Origin: Lingula anatina
Lineage: Eukaryota; Animalia; Brachiopoda
DNA length: 64,000 nucleotides
Direction of reading: 5' to 3'
Assembly: GCA_051362555.1 (NCBI GenBank)
Contig: CM120643.1
Span: forward strand, 22,076,848 to 22,140,847
This document shows positions 24,770 through 38,430 of this stretch, piece by piece (positions within the stretch are counted from its first letter, which is position 1; each line of letters opens with the position of its first letter). The notes beneath the pieces are model-generated. The model did not search any database. It was not told the DNA's origin and saw nothing but the letters and a program-made list of their open reading frames with translations. Position numbers and translations under genes: made by a program.

Positions 24770-26750
24770 TATTGGGCTGGTCCACAACGTCCGACACAGC
24801 AGTTAGCTATGTAGTGTCACTACAAATACAATCCGCTGCACGCGAGAAGCTGTTGAACAAAAGGATAATTCGCTACGGGAGACCGTTTGTTTACATAAGT
24901 ACTCTAAGGGGGGGGGGGGGGGGGGGGGCTACCCAGGCGACCAGGGGATTAGGCTAGTCACTATATTCCGTCAAAAATCGTTTAGCGACCCTATAATTAT
25001 CACACTCCCTGTATTTTCTGTCGTTATAATCGCATCTAATTTCTTATGTTAGATGGAATTTTTTTACACATACAGTTGTAGTAATAATTTTGTTTCCGTT
25101 GTACACCGGTTTAACAACGTTTGAAATGTTTTAATCCCTGTCCTGTGAATAGAAGGGGGTGGGCAAACAATGGAGACACGTATTAATCCCTTCAAAATTC
25201 GAACGCACAAACACAATAGCTTAGGTGGAATAACACAATACTTAAGACGAGTGAACCCCATGACGCCGGTTTCTGTGGTCAAGCGCGAGCGCGACAATCC
25301 GCTGTAACTAGGTGTAATTAACAGCAGGATACATCAGCCAGAAGGTCCCCATTGTTTGTTGCGGCGATAGGATTAAAGCTTTAAGAGGCTAGAACCCATG
25401 CTAACGCGTGCCACGCGTAGCGAATTGTCCTTTTGTTTACTAGTTTGGCACGCGCAGCTAATTATGTTTTTAGTGTTGCTAACAAACTGCCAGTTAAATT
25501 TGTTATCAGTTATTTCCACCAATATGAAATTTTCCGCATTAAAAAATTGAACTAAGAATTGTTTGTTTGATTAACCTGCATGAGCTTCAGCATCAACCTG
25601 TCTCAAAAAATTCTTATTGCATTAATTTATAAATGTGTAATTTATTTATAAACGTACTGCATTCAAGTATTTATAAAACATAAATGATAATGAATGAGGA
25701 ATAAGGAAAAAATATATTACTTATACTATACTTATAGTATAATATTGAAATTAAATGAGGTGCATTGACAGAGGCGCAAGGACAATCCAACACCAACGTG
25801 CAGCAGGGGGAAGTCTGACTGTGTTAACATACGATATATGAAAGTACGGTCAATTAACAGCGTAATTAAGTTTATTCATCATGATCTATTTTGTAAACAA
25901 TCCTTGCCTAGATTGTGCTTTGATTGATCATCGTCACTGTTTAGCTACTCGCCTATAAAATGCGTGCTGAACGACGGATAACTTATAAATATTATCTGTG
26001 TTACTGTGTAAATGAACACATTTAGTTAAAATATAACGAAGTCGGTGATTTAATCCATCCAACATAATTATATTTGTTCTTTTAAAACCAGTGTCAGGTT
26101 AACGCCAAATCAAAGCAAGCCTTGCAGACTGGTTTTGTTTAAATTGTCCTAAATTAAGTAAAGCCTGTTTCTACTTCACAGTGTTCATCCCAGCTATAAA
26201 ACTCCATGAAGGATAACAAGACCCCGTAGCAAATTAACTTTCACAATGCCCTGTGCTTCAGGTTTCCAAGAGTCCCGTGTAACACAATAATATCGAAGAG
26301 TAGGCCTATGGCCTGAGAGTAATACAAATATAAGGCCGTGTATGAAAGATTTTACAAATTAGAAATTCAAGAATATAAACATGCTAGGTACATGCACATC
26401 ACTTAATAAGTCATTTCACAAAAATCGCATCTAATTGTTTAGATTAACCTCTACTTTTATCGATCCCATCGCCTTGTATCATCCACCGAAAACAAATATG
26501 GTGAACATGAGTAAAAGTAACACGTTTACATGCAGGCGAAGGAGGCATACTTGTGTCACTACATATATAATCAGCTGCACACGCGAAGCTGTTGAACAAA
26601 AGGATAGTTCGCTACGGGAGACCGTTTGTTTACATAAGTACTCTAAGGGGGCGTGGCTACCCAGGCGACCAGGGGATTAGGCTAGTCACTATATGCCGTC
26701 AACAATCGTTTAGCGTCCCTATCATTATACACTCCCTCTATTGTATTTTC
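24770..26750 (+). repeat. Family A type I copy with internal deletion
   Basis: Matches 22950-23290, 3795-4420 and 7460-8145. Confidence 0.85.
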
Positions 26751-27067
26751 CACCGCATTAATCGCAGTGTAATCTTCAAATGGTAAATATACACATTCTT
26801 AATACTAGGGCGGTATAACTAATCGTGCCCATGAAACTAGGCAAACTGGAAGCTCTGCATTGCAAAGCAAAACTATATTTTTCGCAAGTGGCACCCCATT
26901 GCATATTCTATTGCGTCCAACATTAAATAGTACTCAAATGTCACGGTCCAGTAAGTCAAAGTAAAAACAAGAGAAATAGTTACTGTACAAATTTTGCCTC
27001 AATAAAAAGCTTGGTTGCTGAGGAATTTGGGAAATAAGAAAGTGTTGCTTAACTTATGAGCATCAGT

Positions 27068-27299
27068 CTATATGCTGAAAAAAGTGAAAAACAGCATAAC
27101 TTTCATAAAAACGGCCCCATCATGCTGATTTTCGAACTTGACCTGCCTATTATTAATATTCCTCTGTAAGTTTCAAGCCAAAAGGTAACATGTTTTTCCA
27201 CTTATCGTGTTATCGGTGAAAGTGCACGGCGACGGCTACGACGGCGACGACAGCCGCAGGTGACGGCTATATATACAGACACATTTGTGTCTGTACATA
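27068..27299 (-). mobile_element. Truncated HINE copy (one unit, microsatellite and terminal hairpin)
   Basis: Same unit and tacagacaca-tt-tgtgtctgta hairpin as 2780-3028. Confidence 0.8.
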
Positions 27300-27857
27300 A
27301 AAAGGAATATTCCATACAACCTAGCAAGAAGAATATGTACAATAGTTACCGACAGTAACATATATATTTATTTATATTTAAATATTTATTAATATAAGGG
27401 GTTATCATTACGAAGAACCATGTGACGGCGATATATTTTAATTAAAAAAAAAACGAAAAATTATAAAATATAAATAAATAAATAAAAATAAAAATAAATA
27501 ACGAAATTAAAATTTCGTCAAAATTGAACAGCCTTGATGAATATATTTAGTAACATATTTTGGATCTGAATAAATGTTTGGTGTTGTAAATCTAACTTAA
27601 GTTTGAATAAACTTTGCACGGATCCCTTTATGTAATTCATTATTTCAATCCTTCGACGGTACTGTCTCTTTGTCCTTAGGATTAAAGGATAAACTCATTC
27701 CTAAAATATTTCAGAAGTCTGGCACTGTAGGGTTTGCTTGTTTTCTTGTTTAATTTTAGATTGTCTTTTCCAAAAGCTCTTGCTTCCCTGGTGGGTTTCA
27801 TTGCAAGTATTCTGATTATAGGAGCACCTGTTCTTTTAAAAAAGGTAAGTAAACATA

Positions 27858-28940
27858 CAACATTGGTCAAAAAGGTTGCCACACCCTCAGTTTCATTTGC
27901 TTTTACTTATAAATGATCAAATCACAGGAGTTAATTGCTGTGAATGGTGATTTTCATTACAAATACCATAACTTACATGATTATTGGTACAGAAAATACA
28001 AAGTAGCAGTTAAGATAATCATGTTTAGTACCATTTATTCACATTTATTACATGTACACCCTCAAATCCGATGTTCCACTGTCATTTCCATGGGGGTAAA
28101 GAAATGCCCCTTAAATTGAAATAGCACCACCAAAAGTCACCAAATTTACACACATTTAGCATTAGGGTATGCTTGTTAAAGTTCGCGTATCTATTAGGAT
28201 GTGTAGCTACCCACACTGTAATTATCTCCTGTAGACGGCGCCACCGCTTTCAACAAGGGTAACAAGTCTGTTTTGTGGGATTTTCTCCGTGTTTCTTAAA
28301 AAGCTTGGCGGCATTGGTCCGGACTAGTTAGGGTTTGGTTTTCCTCTGGATTGCACACTTCAATTCATGCCACGGGTTCTCAGTAGGTTTATTATCAGGA
28401 TTCAAAGATGGTTTCTCCAGCCTCAGAATATTGGGTTTCTGCAACAAATCACTCACCACATGAGAACTGTGTGCAAGTGTGCTGTCATGTTGAAGCCTGG
28501 ATCACCCCCGAAGTCCCCTCTTGCAGATGGAATGAGAATGTTAAGAATGTTAAGTTCAGTAACCCCATAACTACCAGAACTTGGTCAACCTTCACTAGGA
28601 ACAAGTTGGTTTTGCTGAAGAATCAAAGTGTTTCTTTTATGCCTTCGATGGTCAAATTAGGGCCCGCAGACATGTTGCAGAGTGCTTTTTGGAAGGCTTG
28701 TGCGGGATAATATCGCCTGGGTGTCAGGTCAGACCACGTTTGGCGAGAATTCCAAGCCCATGATTTAAGTGCATTGTCCTTTCCGAAAAAGAACGTTATT
28801 GGGGAAATTCACTGAAATATTTTCAACAAATATCTCTCTATCTGCAAGAAGTGACTTCAAAGATACTGCAGGTGTCATCGTGGAAATGCACGTGCTCACA
28901 ACAGAGCGTGCTTAGCTGTCAAACTGAGCTGCATTGTCTA
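27858..28940 (-). pseudogene. Degenerate Tc1 (DD34E) transposon
   Basis: Manual translation of about 28357-28495 (minus) gives LQHDSTLAHSSHVVSDLLQKPNILRLEKPSLNPDNKPTENPWHELK, with 34 residues between D and E. TA-CAACATTGGTCAAAAAGG TIR-like end at 27856. Confidence 0.7.
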
Positions 28941-29234
28941 CCTGTAAGATGACTTCTCTGGCTTCTGATAAAAGTTAATACTCATTCAAATCTCTTACCC
29001 GAGGGATCTAAATCCTCATGAAGCTGTGTAAAACCATTCCCGTCTAGTCAATTCTTTAACGAGCATTTTATTATGGTTATCCCAAGTTGTATAAAACACT
29101 GCATTTGAATGAGTAAAGGGTACTGTGGATTATTGCATATGGGGGCCATGTTATTTGTGAAATTCAATTAATTTTATTAAACCGCTGACACTCCGTCTTG
29201 GATACTTTTCTTAAACTGAGGTAAACGATGCCCG

Positions 29235-29742
29235 TTACCTTTACAAGTCCCGTCTTAATCATCCATCTAACTGGAACTTCCTTTACCTCTTAATTAGAGG
29301 GTTAAATGGCTGTCGATATTTATCTCAGGTAAAAATCTACCTGTGCTTTAGTTTCAAAGAGCAGCCCCCGCAGACCTAGGGGTACTAGATAAAATCTGAA
29401 CACCGGGTTTATTGAGGAGCTAGAGAAACAAAGGAAGAATTTTTCCTGCACAGCTTCATAGGAACTTTAGCACGGACTTGATCCAGCTTAGACCTTCTAA
29501 TTAACAGGGTGACATGGGCAATTTTCAAATACAAAATAAACAAATAATAAAACTATATTTCAGTTAGCCTCCTCTTAAATAAATAAACCGTTCTGGATAA
29601 ATTAGAACATTTATTAAATCGACAAAAAAATTTTGACTTAAATGATGTTTTTATTATTAATGGAAATTAAGCTACTATATGGGGCACATTTGCTGAGATT
29701 ACGCTGTTCTTGATGTTTTGCGTTAGTCTACATTTTGCTGTG
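29235..29742 (-). repeat. Inverted copy of the 5399-6065 repeat
   Basis: Reverse-complement homology. Ends in ...ttttgctgtg (5'-CACAGC on the minus strand). Confidence 0.6.
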
Positions 29743-30879
29743 CGTGCTTGGAATTTTTTTTTATTTTTTATACTCACGTATGTAAAACTGCACATTTAGT
29801 AAACATTCAAGTAATGATTTTTTTCATGCTACTTATAGCAAACAATGCTCTTTTACCTTGATCTGCTACATGTTTTTGGGTTTGACAAAGCATACAAATT
29901 TGCAAAAAGTTTTGTGTACAGACGCAGAACTTGTATTCCAAGGTATAAAATGATAAATCTTTTAAATTATTTTATACTTCAGATGAAATAACATTCAGAA
30001 ACAAATCCTCAAAGCATAAACGAATTAGGATTACGAACCATTTTAGTACATAAGTTCCTATTTTTTTCTTTAATATACCGCTCTTTTTTTCTGTTTGTTC
30101 TTCAACACGTTTTCTTCCACTGAAGTAATGCCTGGGCATACGCATGCTTCAAGTTACCCTGAGAGCAATTACTTTTATTAATGTTCGCGACGGTGTTTGA
30201 ACTCAATTGTTTAAATATTAATATTAAACGTCATTTACAAATACCAATAAAAACACCCCATGAAATAAATGAGATATTTCGAAAAATATGAAAGCCCACC
30301 AAGACGATTTTGATACCTGTTATTACCTGGGTTGGGAAGGGCAGCGGTGCATAATTAACAGGTTTGTTGTAAACGAGCTTTTGGTCAACTACAATGCATT
30401 TAAAATGCATCAGCAATCAGTAAGTTTGCCAACTGATGACAGTTAATCTGAAAGACTACCAGCTCTTGATATGATCTAAACCACCTGAGGTGGCCATGAT
30501 CTAGAGCATCGCAACTATTGTCACCGAAGTTAGTAAGTCACGGAAGACCGTCACAGACAAAGAAAGATTGTCAAAGAGAGCTGCAATTTTGGTGAATCCC
30601 ACGGCAACACACGGAGGCATAACGAAAATTCCTCAACTCCGTTCAACACAACTTTCCTTAACTTCTCCGTCTGTACAGTATGCACCATGCAGCTCAGTTG
30701 AGTCTCATAGACCTTTATCGTGATTGTCGTCACAGTACCACGTGACCTAGATATGTTGCTTTATATGTTGCTAGATATGTTGCTAGATATGTTTATGCAT
30801 ATTGAGGTGAGGTTTACTAAAACGCTTTTTATCTACTAATAGATTGTTTTTATAATTTTTAAATGACGGGGATCGATTA

Positions 30880-32165
30880 AAACATAACTGTAGTGTATAG
30901 ATTAAGTGCTGGATCTTCAGAATTCGAGAAATGGATTTTTATATGATTGTCCTTTAACCTCTTTGCCAAATCATAATCCCTAAGAGAAATTTGTTTTGTG
31001 ATCCTGTCGTCACTCATGTTCACAAGCCTGTTCCACAATCTTATAAGTTGCAACCATCCTTTATACTTAGTATTCATCGTTTTATCTCTTGCGCTAAGTC
31101 GTTAATATATGAGGCAATCAAGTCTTACACCTTATTCAGTATTGAACCAATTAGATTGCATGTCTCCTACCTTGACACAAGCTTATGTAAATGCATATAT
31201 GTTTCTCATATAGCCCAATATACTTTACCATCTATACCAGATCTCAATTATTTGCACATTAAATAATCTCTGTCGATGCAATCAAATGCTTTATGAAAGC
31301 AAAAAGGTTGATAATGCAATATTTAGTTTATTTCTTATGATGGAATCCAAGGCAAATATGTGATCTTGACAAGACCTATCCCTGTGAAAACCATTCTGCT
31401 CATCTACTAGAATATTTCTGTTGTCAAAAAAAATGAACTTAATCTATCATTTAAAAGACTCGTATACATTTTTGCTGGACAACATAATTAACTAATTCGT
31501 CTATATAATTGAGAGGAATTATATGATCCAGTTTATTATTCTTGGGTATAGGGTGAATAATTGCCTCCCGCCATACTGTGGGGAGATCCAAGCAAAACTA
31601 AAATAATTTATGCATAACTTTAGTAGCATTGTTACATTTGTAAACTACTTTGGGCAGCATGTCTATTCCAGTGCTTTTACTTTTTTCATTTCGGCTATTA
31701 CACGAAATATTTCACTAATATCAATATTTCTATTCTATATCCCATTAATTTCATACAGAGAATCTATCATGTATTCCTCTTTCAAACTATAACTATTTTG
31801 TATTTCAGCCTTATATTTGTCTTTCCTAGGGTCATTATGTCCATAGTTATCGTACAGTATTTGGAAATCGTCCCTACATGTATTAATTACAGAATCTCTA
31901 TCAGCGGTAACTTTTCCATCAACATAAACTTCTAATGGAATGCTTTTGTTTTTACGAGGACCTAAGCTGTTCACTTGTTGCCAAAATTTCTTAGGGTCTC
32001 TAACCTGCAATTCTTCAATGCTGGTACACCTATCTAATCTGTCTTTTCTTTCAAAGAACCTAAGTTTTCTTTCTAACACATGCTGTGTCTCGCAAAACAG
32101 TTTTAAAAAGCCCTTGTCTCTCTTTATTTTTTGGCCCGTCGGACAGCTTTTTCTGTTCATTTCTA
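30880..32165 (-). pseudogene. Degenerate non-LTR retrotransposon ORF2 relic (RTE-X-like)
   Basis: DPKKFWQQVNSLGPRKNKSIP linker, remnants of EQNGF...RSCQDH and KAFD.IDR RT motifs, and WNRLVNMSDDRITK in the C-terminal region. Confidence 0.65.
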
Positions 32166-32169
32166 ACCA

Positions 32170-33400
32170 TACAGTGGTAGTAATAATTTTGTTTCCGCTG
32201 TACACCGATTTAACAACGTTTGAAATGTTTTAATCCCTATCCTGTGAATAGAAGGGGGTGGGCAAACAATGGAGAGCCGTATAAATCCCTTCAAAATTCC
32301 AACGCACAAACACAATAGCTTAGGTGGAATAACACAATAATTAAGACCAGGCCTACCCAACTACCAGACGCGGCACCTACGGATCCTGAATAAACCGGTA
32401 TATCAGACCACACTACCCGTTTTCAAGGTGTGTGTCAGATCGCATTACGGATCGATCCGGAGTATCAGCCACTTCACCCATTTTGCCTGGCGCGCGATGT
32501 GATAGCGATGATCCTAAGCGGGGTTGGCAAGCGATACCCATTTGACAGGAAAGCCTACAAAATTTGTGATGGGGTATGATACTCCGTAATGCGATCTGAC
32601 ACACACCTTGAAAACGGGTAGTGTGGTCTGATATACCGGTTTATTCAGGATCCGTAGGTGCCGCGTCTGGTAGTTGGGTAGGCCTAAAGACGAGTGAACC
32701 CCATGGCGCCGGTTTCTATGGTCCAGCGCGAGCGCGAAAATCCGCTGTAACTAGATATAATTAACAGCAGAATACATCAGCCAGAGGGTCCCCATTGTTC
32801 GTTGCGGCGATAGGATTATAGCTTTAAGAGGCTAGAGCCCATGCTAACGCGTGCCACGCGTTGCGAACTGTCCTTTTGTTCACTAGTTTGGCACGCGCAG
32901 CTGATTATGGTTTTAGTGTTGCTAACAAACTGCTAGTTATATTTGTTATCAGTTATTTCATCCAATATGAATTTTTCTGCAGTCAAAAATTGAACTAAGT
33001 ATTGTTTGTTTGATTAACATGCATGAGCGTCAGCATCAACCTGGCTCAAAAAATTCTTATTGCATTAATTTATGAATGTATAATTTATTTATAAACTTAC
33101 TGCATTCAAGTATTTATAAAACATGAATAATAATAAATTAGTAATAAGGAAAGAATATATTACTTATACTATACTTATATTATAATATTGAAATTAAGTG
33201 AGGTGCATTGACAGAGGCGTAAGGACAATCCAACTCCAACGTGCAACAGGGGGAAGTCTGACTCTGTGATCACACAATATATGAAAGTACGGTCAATTAA
33301 CCGTGTAAATCATCAGTTAAAGAGGAGGGGGTCTTTCTACAGCTCGCTGTCTATTGTTAAACGCGACTGTTATTATCTCTCGAACAAGCTTAAACCATGC
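32170..33400 (+). repeat. Family A type I partial copy
   Basis: High similarity to 25070-25860 and 6912-6995. Confidence 0.85.
32348..32686. mobile_element. Young 339-bp MITE with perfect 103-bp TIRs and 5-bp TSD (hAT5-like)
   Basis: 32349-32451 is the exact reverse complement of 32583-32685. TSD aagac. CAG...CTA termini. Empty site cttaagacgagtg at 25241. Confidence 0.9.
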
Positions 33401-33637
33401 CGAAGACTATCAGTACAATTAATGGTTCACTACACTCTTTGGCTACGGACCTGTAAACCAGTGAGCTAAATTACAAAGCCCGGCATATTTTTCATATCAT
33501 ATTCAACTTTCCCGATCATAGGATATTTGCCGATTTCATATGTGACTGATCTTTGAGGGAGGGGAGGGGGAGGGACCTTGGGATCAGTATCAGTCAGAAG
33601 TGCTGACTTCTTTTGTTTGCTGACCTTCTTGCTCTAC

Positions 33638-33691
<54 letters not shown>

Positions 33692-33888
33692 AACAGCAAG
33701 CTAGCTCTTCAGTAAACATAAGATGTCAAAGTCTAGTTATGTAGCTGAAGAAGACCTGTTTGGTCGGCTTTTGTGGTAAAAATTTGACTGGATGTTTAAA
33801 AAAGGGGAAAGTTTATGCTAATACATGGAATGTGGAAGGATTATTCATTACCATCACAATACAACCTTTGATGCAATTTTGTCATTAG

Positions 33889-34071
33889 GTAGTCAACACT
33901 GTCAAGAAGTCAATAATGTCCCACCCTGACACGGATAGCAACAGCCGAAAAGCTCATACACACCCTCACCATCTGGAAAGCTGTGATGAAAATCACAAGC
34001 CAGATGCAAGACACGAAAATAATAGAGAAAATGTACGGTCCAAGACAACCCATCTCTTGGACATCAACAAG
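33889..34071 (+). CDS. Candidate host-gene exon, unknown product
   Basis: ttttgtcattag acceptor, 183 nt open in phase 0 (VVNTVKKSIMSHPDTDSNSRKAHTHPHHLESCDENHKPDARHENNRENVRSKTTHLLDINK), and an AAG|GTGAGT consensus donor. Confidence 0.4.
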
Positions 34072-34395
34072 GTGAGTGAATAAAGAAATATAATATTCGA
34101 AGGATACGGTATATGAAAAGTTAATTGTTTCAGCCATTACGTTGAAAATAAAAACTTTTCGGAGAAAGCGTATATATACAGCAGCATGTACAAATAACGT
34201 GATTATTCAGCAGTTACATGTAAATGGTGAAAAGAGAGAAATTGAAATATCAAGTTAAAGCATACGCGGGTAATATATACCCTAGATTCCGGTATTGCCA
34301 GCTCGATCTTGATTTCATATATAACCCATATCAACAATACCGGCTCTAGTGAACAGCGGCCATGTTACCCTTCCGTCAATCAAATAGAACTGCTC

Positions 34396-35257
34396 GGTAT
34401 CAGGACAATTCCCCCCCGGACAATTCCCTCCCAGGACAATCAACCCCCCCCCCCCCCCGGACGCTTCCCCCCCGAATAATATATACATGTATTTATATTC
34501 AAATATAAAGTAAAGAGTACAAAGTTCAAATCTTTTTATCCATTTTCTGAATATTTCTTAGTGTGATGATGCAACTGGAGGATAAATAATATTAATTTCA
34601 TTAAACAAATTACTTTAATGGAGAAGTACAGAACATTTTATTAAAAATCTGATCAAAGTATATCTCCAGGTAAAGGAGGGGTACACAGATGTTCTCACTC
34701 ATCCAGGTAACCCTTTGATGAATTAACTGTTACTTTTAATTGCTTAATTACCCCCCTTGATTAAGTAAGTCTTGAATCAAGGTGCACCTCTAGATAGAGG
34801 TGGGGGTAAACAGATTTTCTCGCTTATCCAGGTATCGCTGACTATTTGTCACTTTTAATTGCTTGACCATTACCCACCACCCACCACACTAAAAATATTC
34901 ATAAAATATCTGTTTACCTGTTCATCTGTTTACCCCACCTTTACCTGAAGGATAGGTGGTTATACTTTGTTTAGATATTTAATAAATCTTTCTGTACTTG
35001 AACTCAATGAAAAAGGAATTTGTTATAAAATAATTTGTTTCATGATGAAGCTGTATTTTCACACTAAAAATATCAATAAAAAGGAAGAAATGTTTTTAAC
35101 TTTACACTTTCTACTTTATATTTGTATATAAATATATATTTCTTGGGGGGGAATCGTCCGTGGGGGGGGGGAGAATTGTCCTGGGGGTGGGGGAATTGTC
35201 CGGGGGGGAATAGTCCGGGGGGGGGGGGATTGTCCGGGGGGGAATTGTCCTAGAATC
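34396..35257. mobile_element. Mutator/Foldback-like non-autonomous element
   Basis: 8-bp TSD aactgctc (34388-34395, 35258-35265). Long imperfect TIRs with tandem ggacaattcccccc / ggggggaattgtcc units. Confidence 0.8.
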
Positions 35258-36699
35258 AACTGCTCCGCAGTGAATCTGCAGTTGAATGTCATCAGACCAA
35301 AATGAAACGTAAAACAGATTTAATTCTGCTTTTTTAAATTTTATTTGCTGTATTTAAGATGAAAAATGAAAAAAATAAATAATATTCTTCGAAAAGAAAA
35401 GATATATCCAATGTTTTTTTTTTTTTTTTTTTTTTGCTTATCAAAGAACATTTAGTCCTGAGATATACACGTGCACAATACACGTGCTTGCCGTGTGCCA
35501 AATTTGACAGCTACACTGTATGCCCGCTACCACTATAAGGGCTGCGCAATGGCTACACCAAAATCAGTTTTTAAAGCAGAATGTTGCTTGTATTGTGGCA
35601 CTGACCTTTGACTGCATGATATTTTCAATTCAAACTTCTAAGTCCGCGTCAGGCACTAAAATGCTTATTGTCTCGTCTGCACGAGATAACTTCAGTGCAA
35701 GGCGGGAAAGGCAGCTCCAGGCGGCTAAACCTGTGACGTACGAGACTTATGACTTCCAAATATGGATCCAGGCGGAAACAGCTGTGACGTGTGACTTTCA
35801 AATATGGAAGCGCCCCATGCAAAATTTTGAAGAAGAACGCCCTCAGACAGTCGCTGTTCGTCAGAGCTAGTAAAAGCGACTCCATCATAAGGTATATTTA
35901 AGAAGCTAGCTTTTACGGTGCTCAGACACTCAGGGTAGTAATATATGACATTAGCTATCCCTTCCATGCATTTCTTGTTAAATATGAGAATTAAACCCAC
36001 TACGCCCTTCTCCTCGAATCCCATCAAATATCTAAACAGGTTTATCGTCTAAACGAATGTTAAACATTTAATTATCTCAAAGAAATTGTGTAAGGGGGAA
36101 TAGAAAGCGTGGAAATCTGAACAGCTAATTACGAAGGGAATGGGATTCGCCCTCAACCGCCCCTGACTTACACATTCGTTTTTTTCAAAGAGAGATTTTC
36201 ATTTTCGCGGAAACGAGAAATGCGCATGACAGGAACAGCGAGCCACAGAGGTCATTGTAGTCATGTACAGTATGCACGTTCACGCGTTTATTCACTTTTA
36301 ATGGGTGTTGACTCACTTTGTTCTTTCCATGCCCATTCTGTTTAAGGTTGATGGCAGTATATGGTAAAGCTGTCATGTCTGTACAGGGTTACCACTTAAT
36401 ATGGAATATTTTTTATCATTGTTATTTTTGAGTGCTCATTAATTATTTTTTGGCTTGACTCATTAAAAAAGTATGTCACTGAGTGATAATAACATCCAGT
36501 CTTCTGTTGTGAGATATTTTGGTCAATAATATTAAATCTGACATAAGGTGCTATTCAAAAGAAAGGAACACCCCCAGAAAACCATATCAACAGTTTGATG
36601 CCAGTATAAACTTTAAGATAAGATATTAAAAAAAATGATAGCCTCCGGACAGTGATATGTTACACAGTCAAAGAACTCACTACAGTAAATCATGAAAAG

Positions 36700-37727
36700 T
36701 CAGTAATTGCGGGTATGACCTCCAGCAGCCGCTTGCAGCGCCCTCATCCTACATGGCATATCCTGTGACACGTTTTTTAGAGTTTGGGTGGGGATATCAT
36801 TCCACGCAGTGATATTTGCCTGTCGCAGTTCATCACTATTTACCGGCCGAGGACCATAGCTATTAATTCTGTGAGTTACTTCCGCCCACATATTTTCAAT
36901 TGGGTTCATATCTGGAGAGTTTGCAGGCCAGGGCAGTTGCTGAACCCATTGGTTTTGAAGAAAAACAGTGATTCTGCGGCCTCGATGTGGGGTTGCGCAG
37001 TCGTCTTGGTACACAAAGTTGTTCCTGAAGATGAATCTTAGCAATCGAAGCATTGTTTGCTGTAGAATGTCTCTGTAGGAATCCTGGATGAGGTTGCCTC
37101 CTAGAAAAATCAACTGGTTCTGGGCACCGACATGAAATACTCCCCAAACAGAGACGTTACCATCCCCTGCTTGCACCCTAGGCAGTACACAATAATTGTT
37201 TTATGCCCCTCGTACACGTCGGTGGATACGGATTCGACGATCAACCCTAAAAAACCCATATCTGGCCTTATCACTGAAAACAACGTGATTCCAGTGTTTT
37301 GGCTGCAAACGCACGTGGTCCCCAGCCCTTTGCAGACGTCGCTGTATATGACCTGCTGTTAACAGTGGTTTCCCTACTGGTCTTCGTGCAAAATAACCGG
37401 CTTGCAGAAATCTCTTGTTCACGTGGGACCTTGAAACGGGCGTTTGAATGACATTCTGCCTCTCTTTTCTGAGGACACTGGTTGTTTTTGTACGTCCAGC
37501 ACGGCGTCCACTAAGGAGAAGGCGATCCTGTCTTCTTGGTGTGATACGCGGACACCCTGGTCGAGGTATTGGAGTAGGTGCCACTACTGTAGCAGCATTT
37601 CTTTGGAGGACTTCACAAACGGTTCCTGATAAATGTTGAATTACCAGGCAATGGCTGTCCGTTTCTGGCCATTTTCTCTGAGAGCAAGAATCCCATAGTA
37701 AGCTGCGTTGCTTTGCTGTCGAACCAT
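36700..37727 (-). pseudogene. Tc1 DD34E transposase with stops and frameshifts
   Basis: ATG at 37727. RPG.PRIT, ARRP..KPLLT, WNHVVFSD, VSVWG, YQDDCATPH-x-WPANSPDMNPIENMW and AAAGGHTRNY motifs, split over several frames. Confidence 0.93.
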
Positions 37728-37809
37728 ATCTTCACTAAGATACCTGTCAAGTTTCAGAGCGATCCCGTTGTTGCTTCTCTAAACACGCTCCAAAGATTGA
37801 CCAAACCCA

Positions 37810-37821
37810 TGCGTTTTTATA
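37810..37821 (-). promoter_or_regulatory. Putative TATA box of the Tc1 transposase
   Basis: TATAAAAA on the minus strand about 90 bp upstream of the ATG. Confidence 0.35.
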
Positions 37822-38430
37822 CAAGGGCAGAAATTGCCGAAAAGGCCACCCCTCAAATTTCTGACCACAGAACATGCAACTGCATGCATCAATTGTTTCG
37901 AGAGTTGTGTGGTAATTAGGTAACACATCTGGCTACACATGGAGTGACACCTCAGCTTTGGATTTAAAGTAGTTAGAGAGAAATTAAATATTTTGTAGAA
38001 AATTTATTCGCCAAAAAATAATATTCCATATTAAGTGGTAACCCTGTATGTAGAATTTCTCTTGGTCAAATTTCTACATTAATTGAGTGCATTATGGAGT
38101 TTTCTGACTGATAAATGAGGTTACTTGTAGAAATATCTTGCCTACACACATTTGGTGATATTTTTACTACTTTATGTATATGATTATTCACATCTCATAA
38201 GTTGGTGTGTGAAAGGTACTTGGTATTTGCATTTTAGAACTGTAGATCTGTGTACCAGCAGGGTTTTATTGCAGTAATAGCTATTAATGCTTCTAAAAAT
38301 AAGCTTCATGATTGATAATTAATTGGTTTGAAAAAAAATTAACCCAAATAAAATAAATCATTTTATAATTCACATAATCTGTTTTTATTATTTCTTCTTA
38401 CTAAGCATTTAATCACATTATTTTTAAAAA

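Larger units (their letters stand above)
36384..38046 (-). mobile_element. Full-length Tc1 transposon (1663 bp)
   Basis: TA TSD, 27-bp perfect TIR cagggttaccacttaatatggaatatt, and an internal transposase pseudogene. Confidence 0.95.

Noticed and set aside
30504-30723. Open frame of about 70 codons (RKTVTDKERLSKRAA...)
   Set aside because: No start codon, weak acceptor and no recognisable homology.
33639-33688. Poly-T run as a minus-strand retrocopy tail
   Set aside because: No TSD or identifiable element body.
35520-35870. 116-aa ORF
   Set aside because: It contains a short internal duplication and has no domain or convincing splice context.
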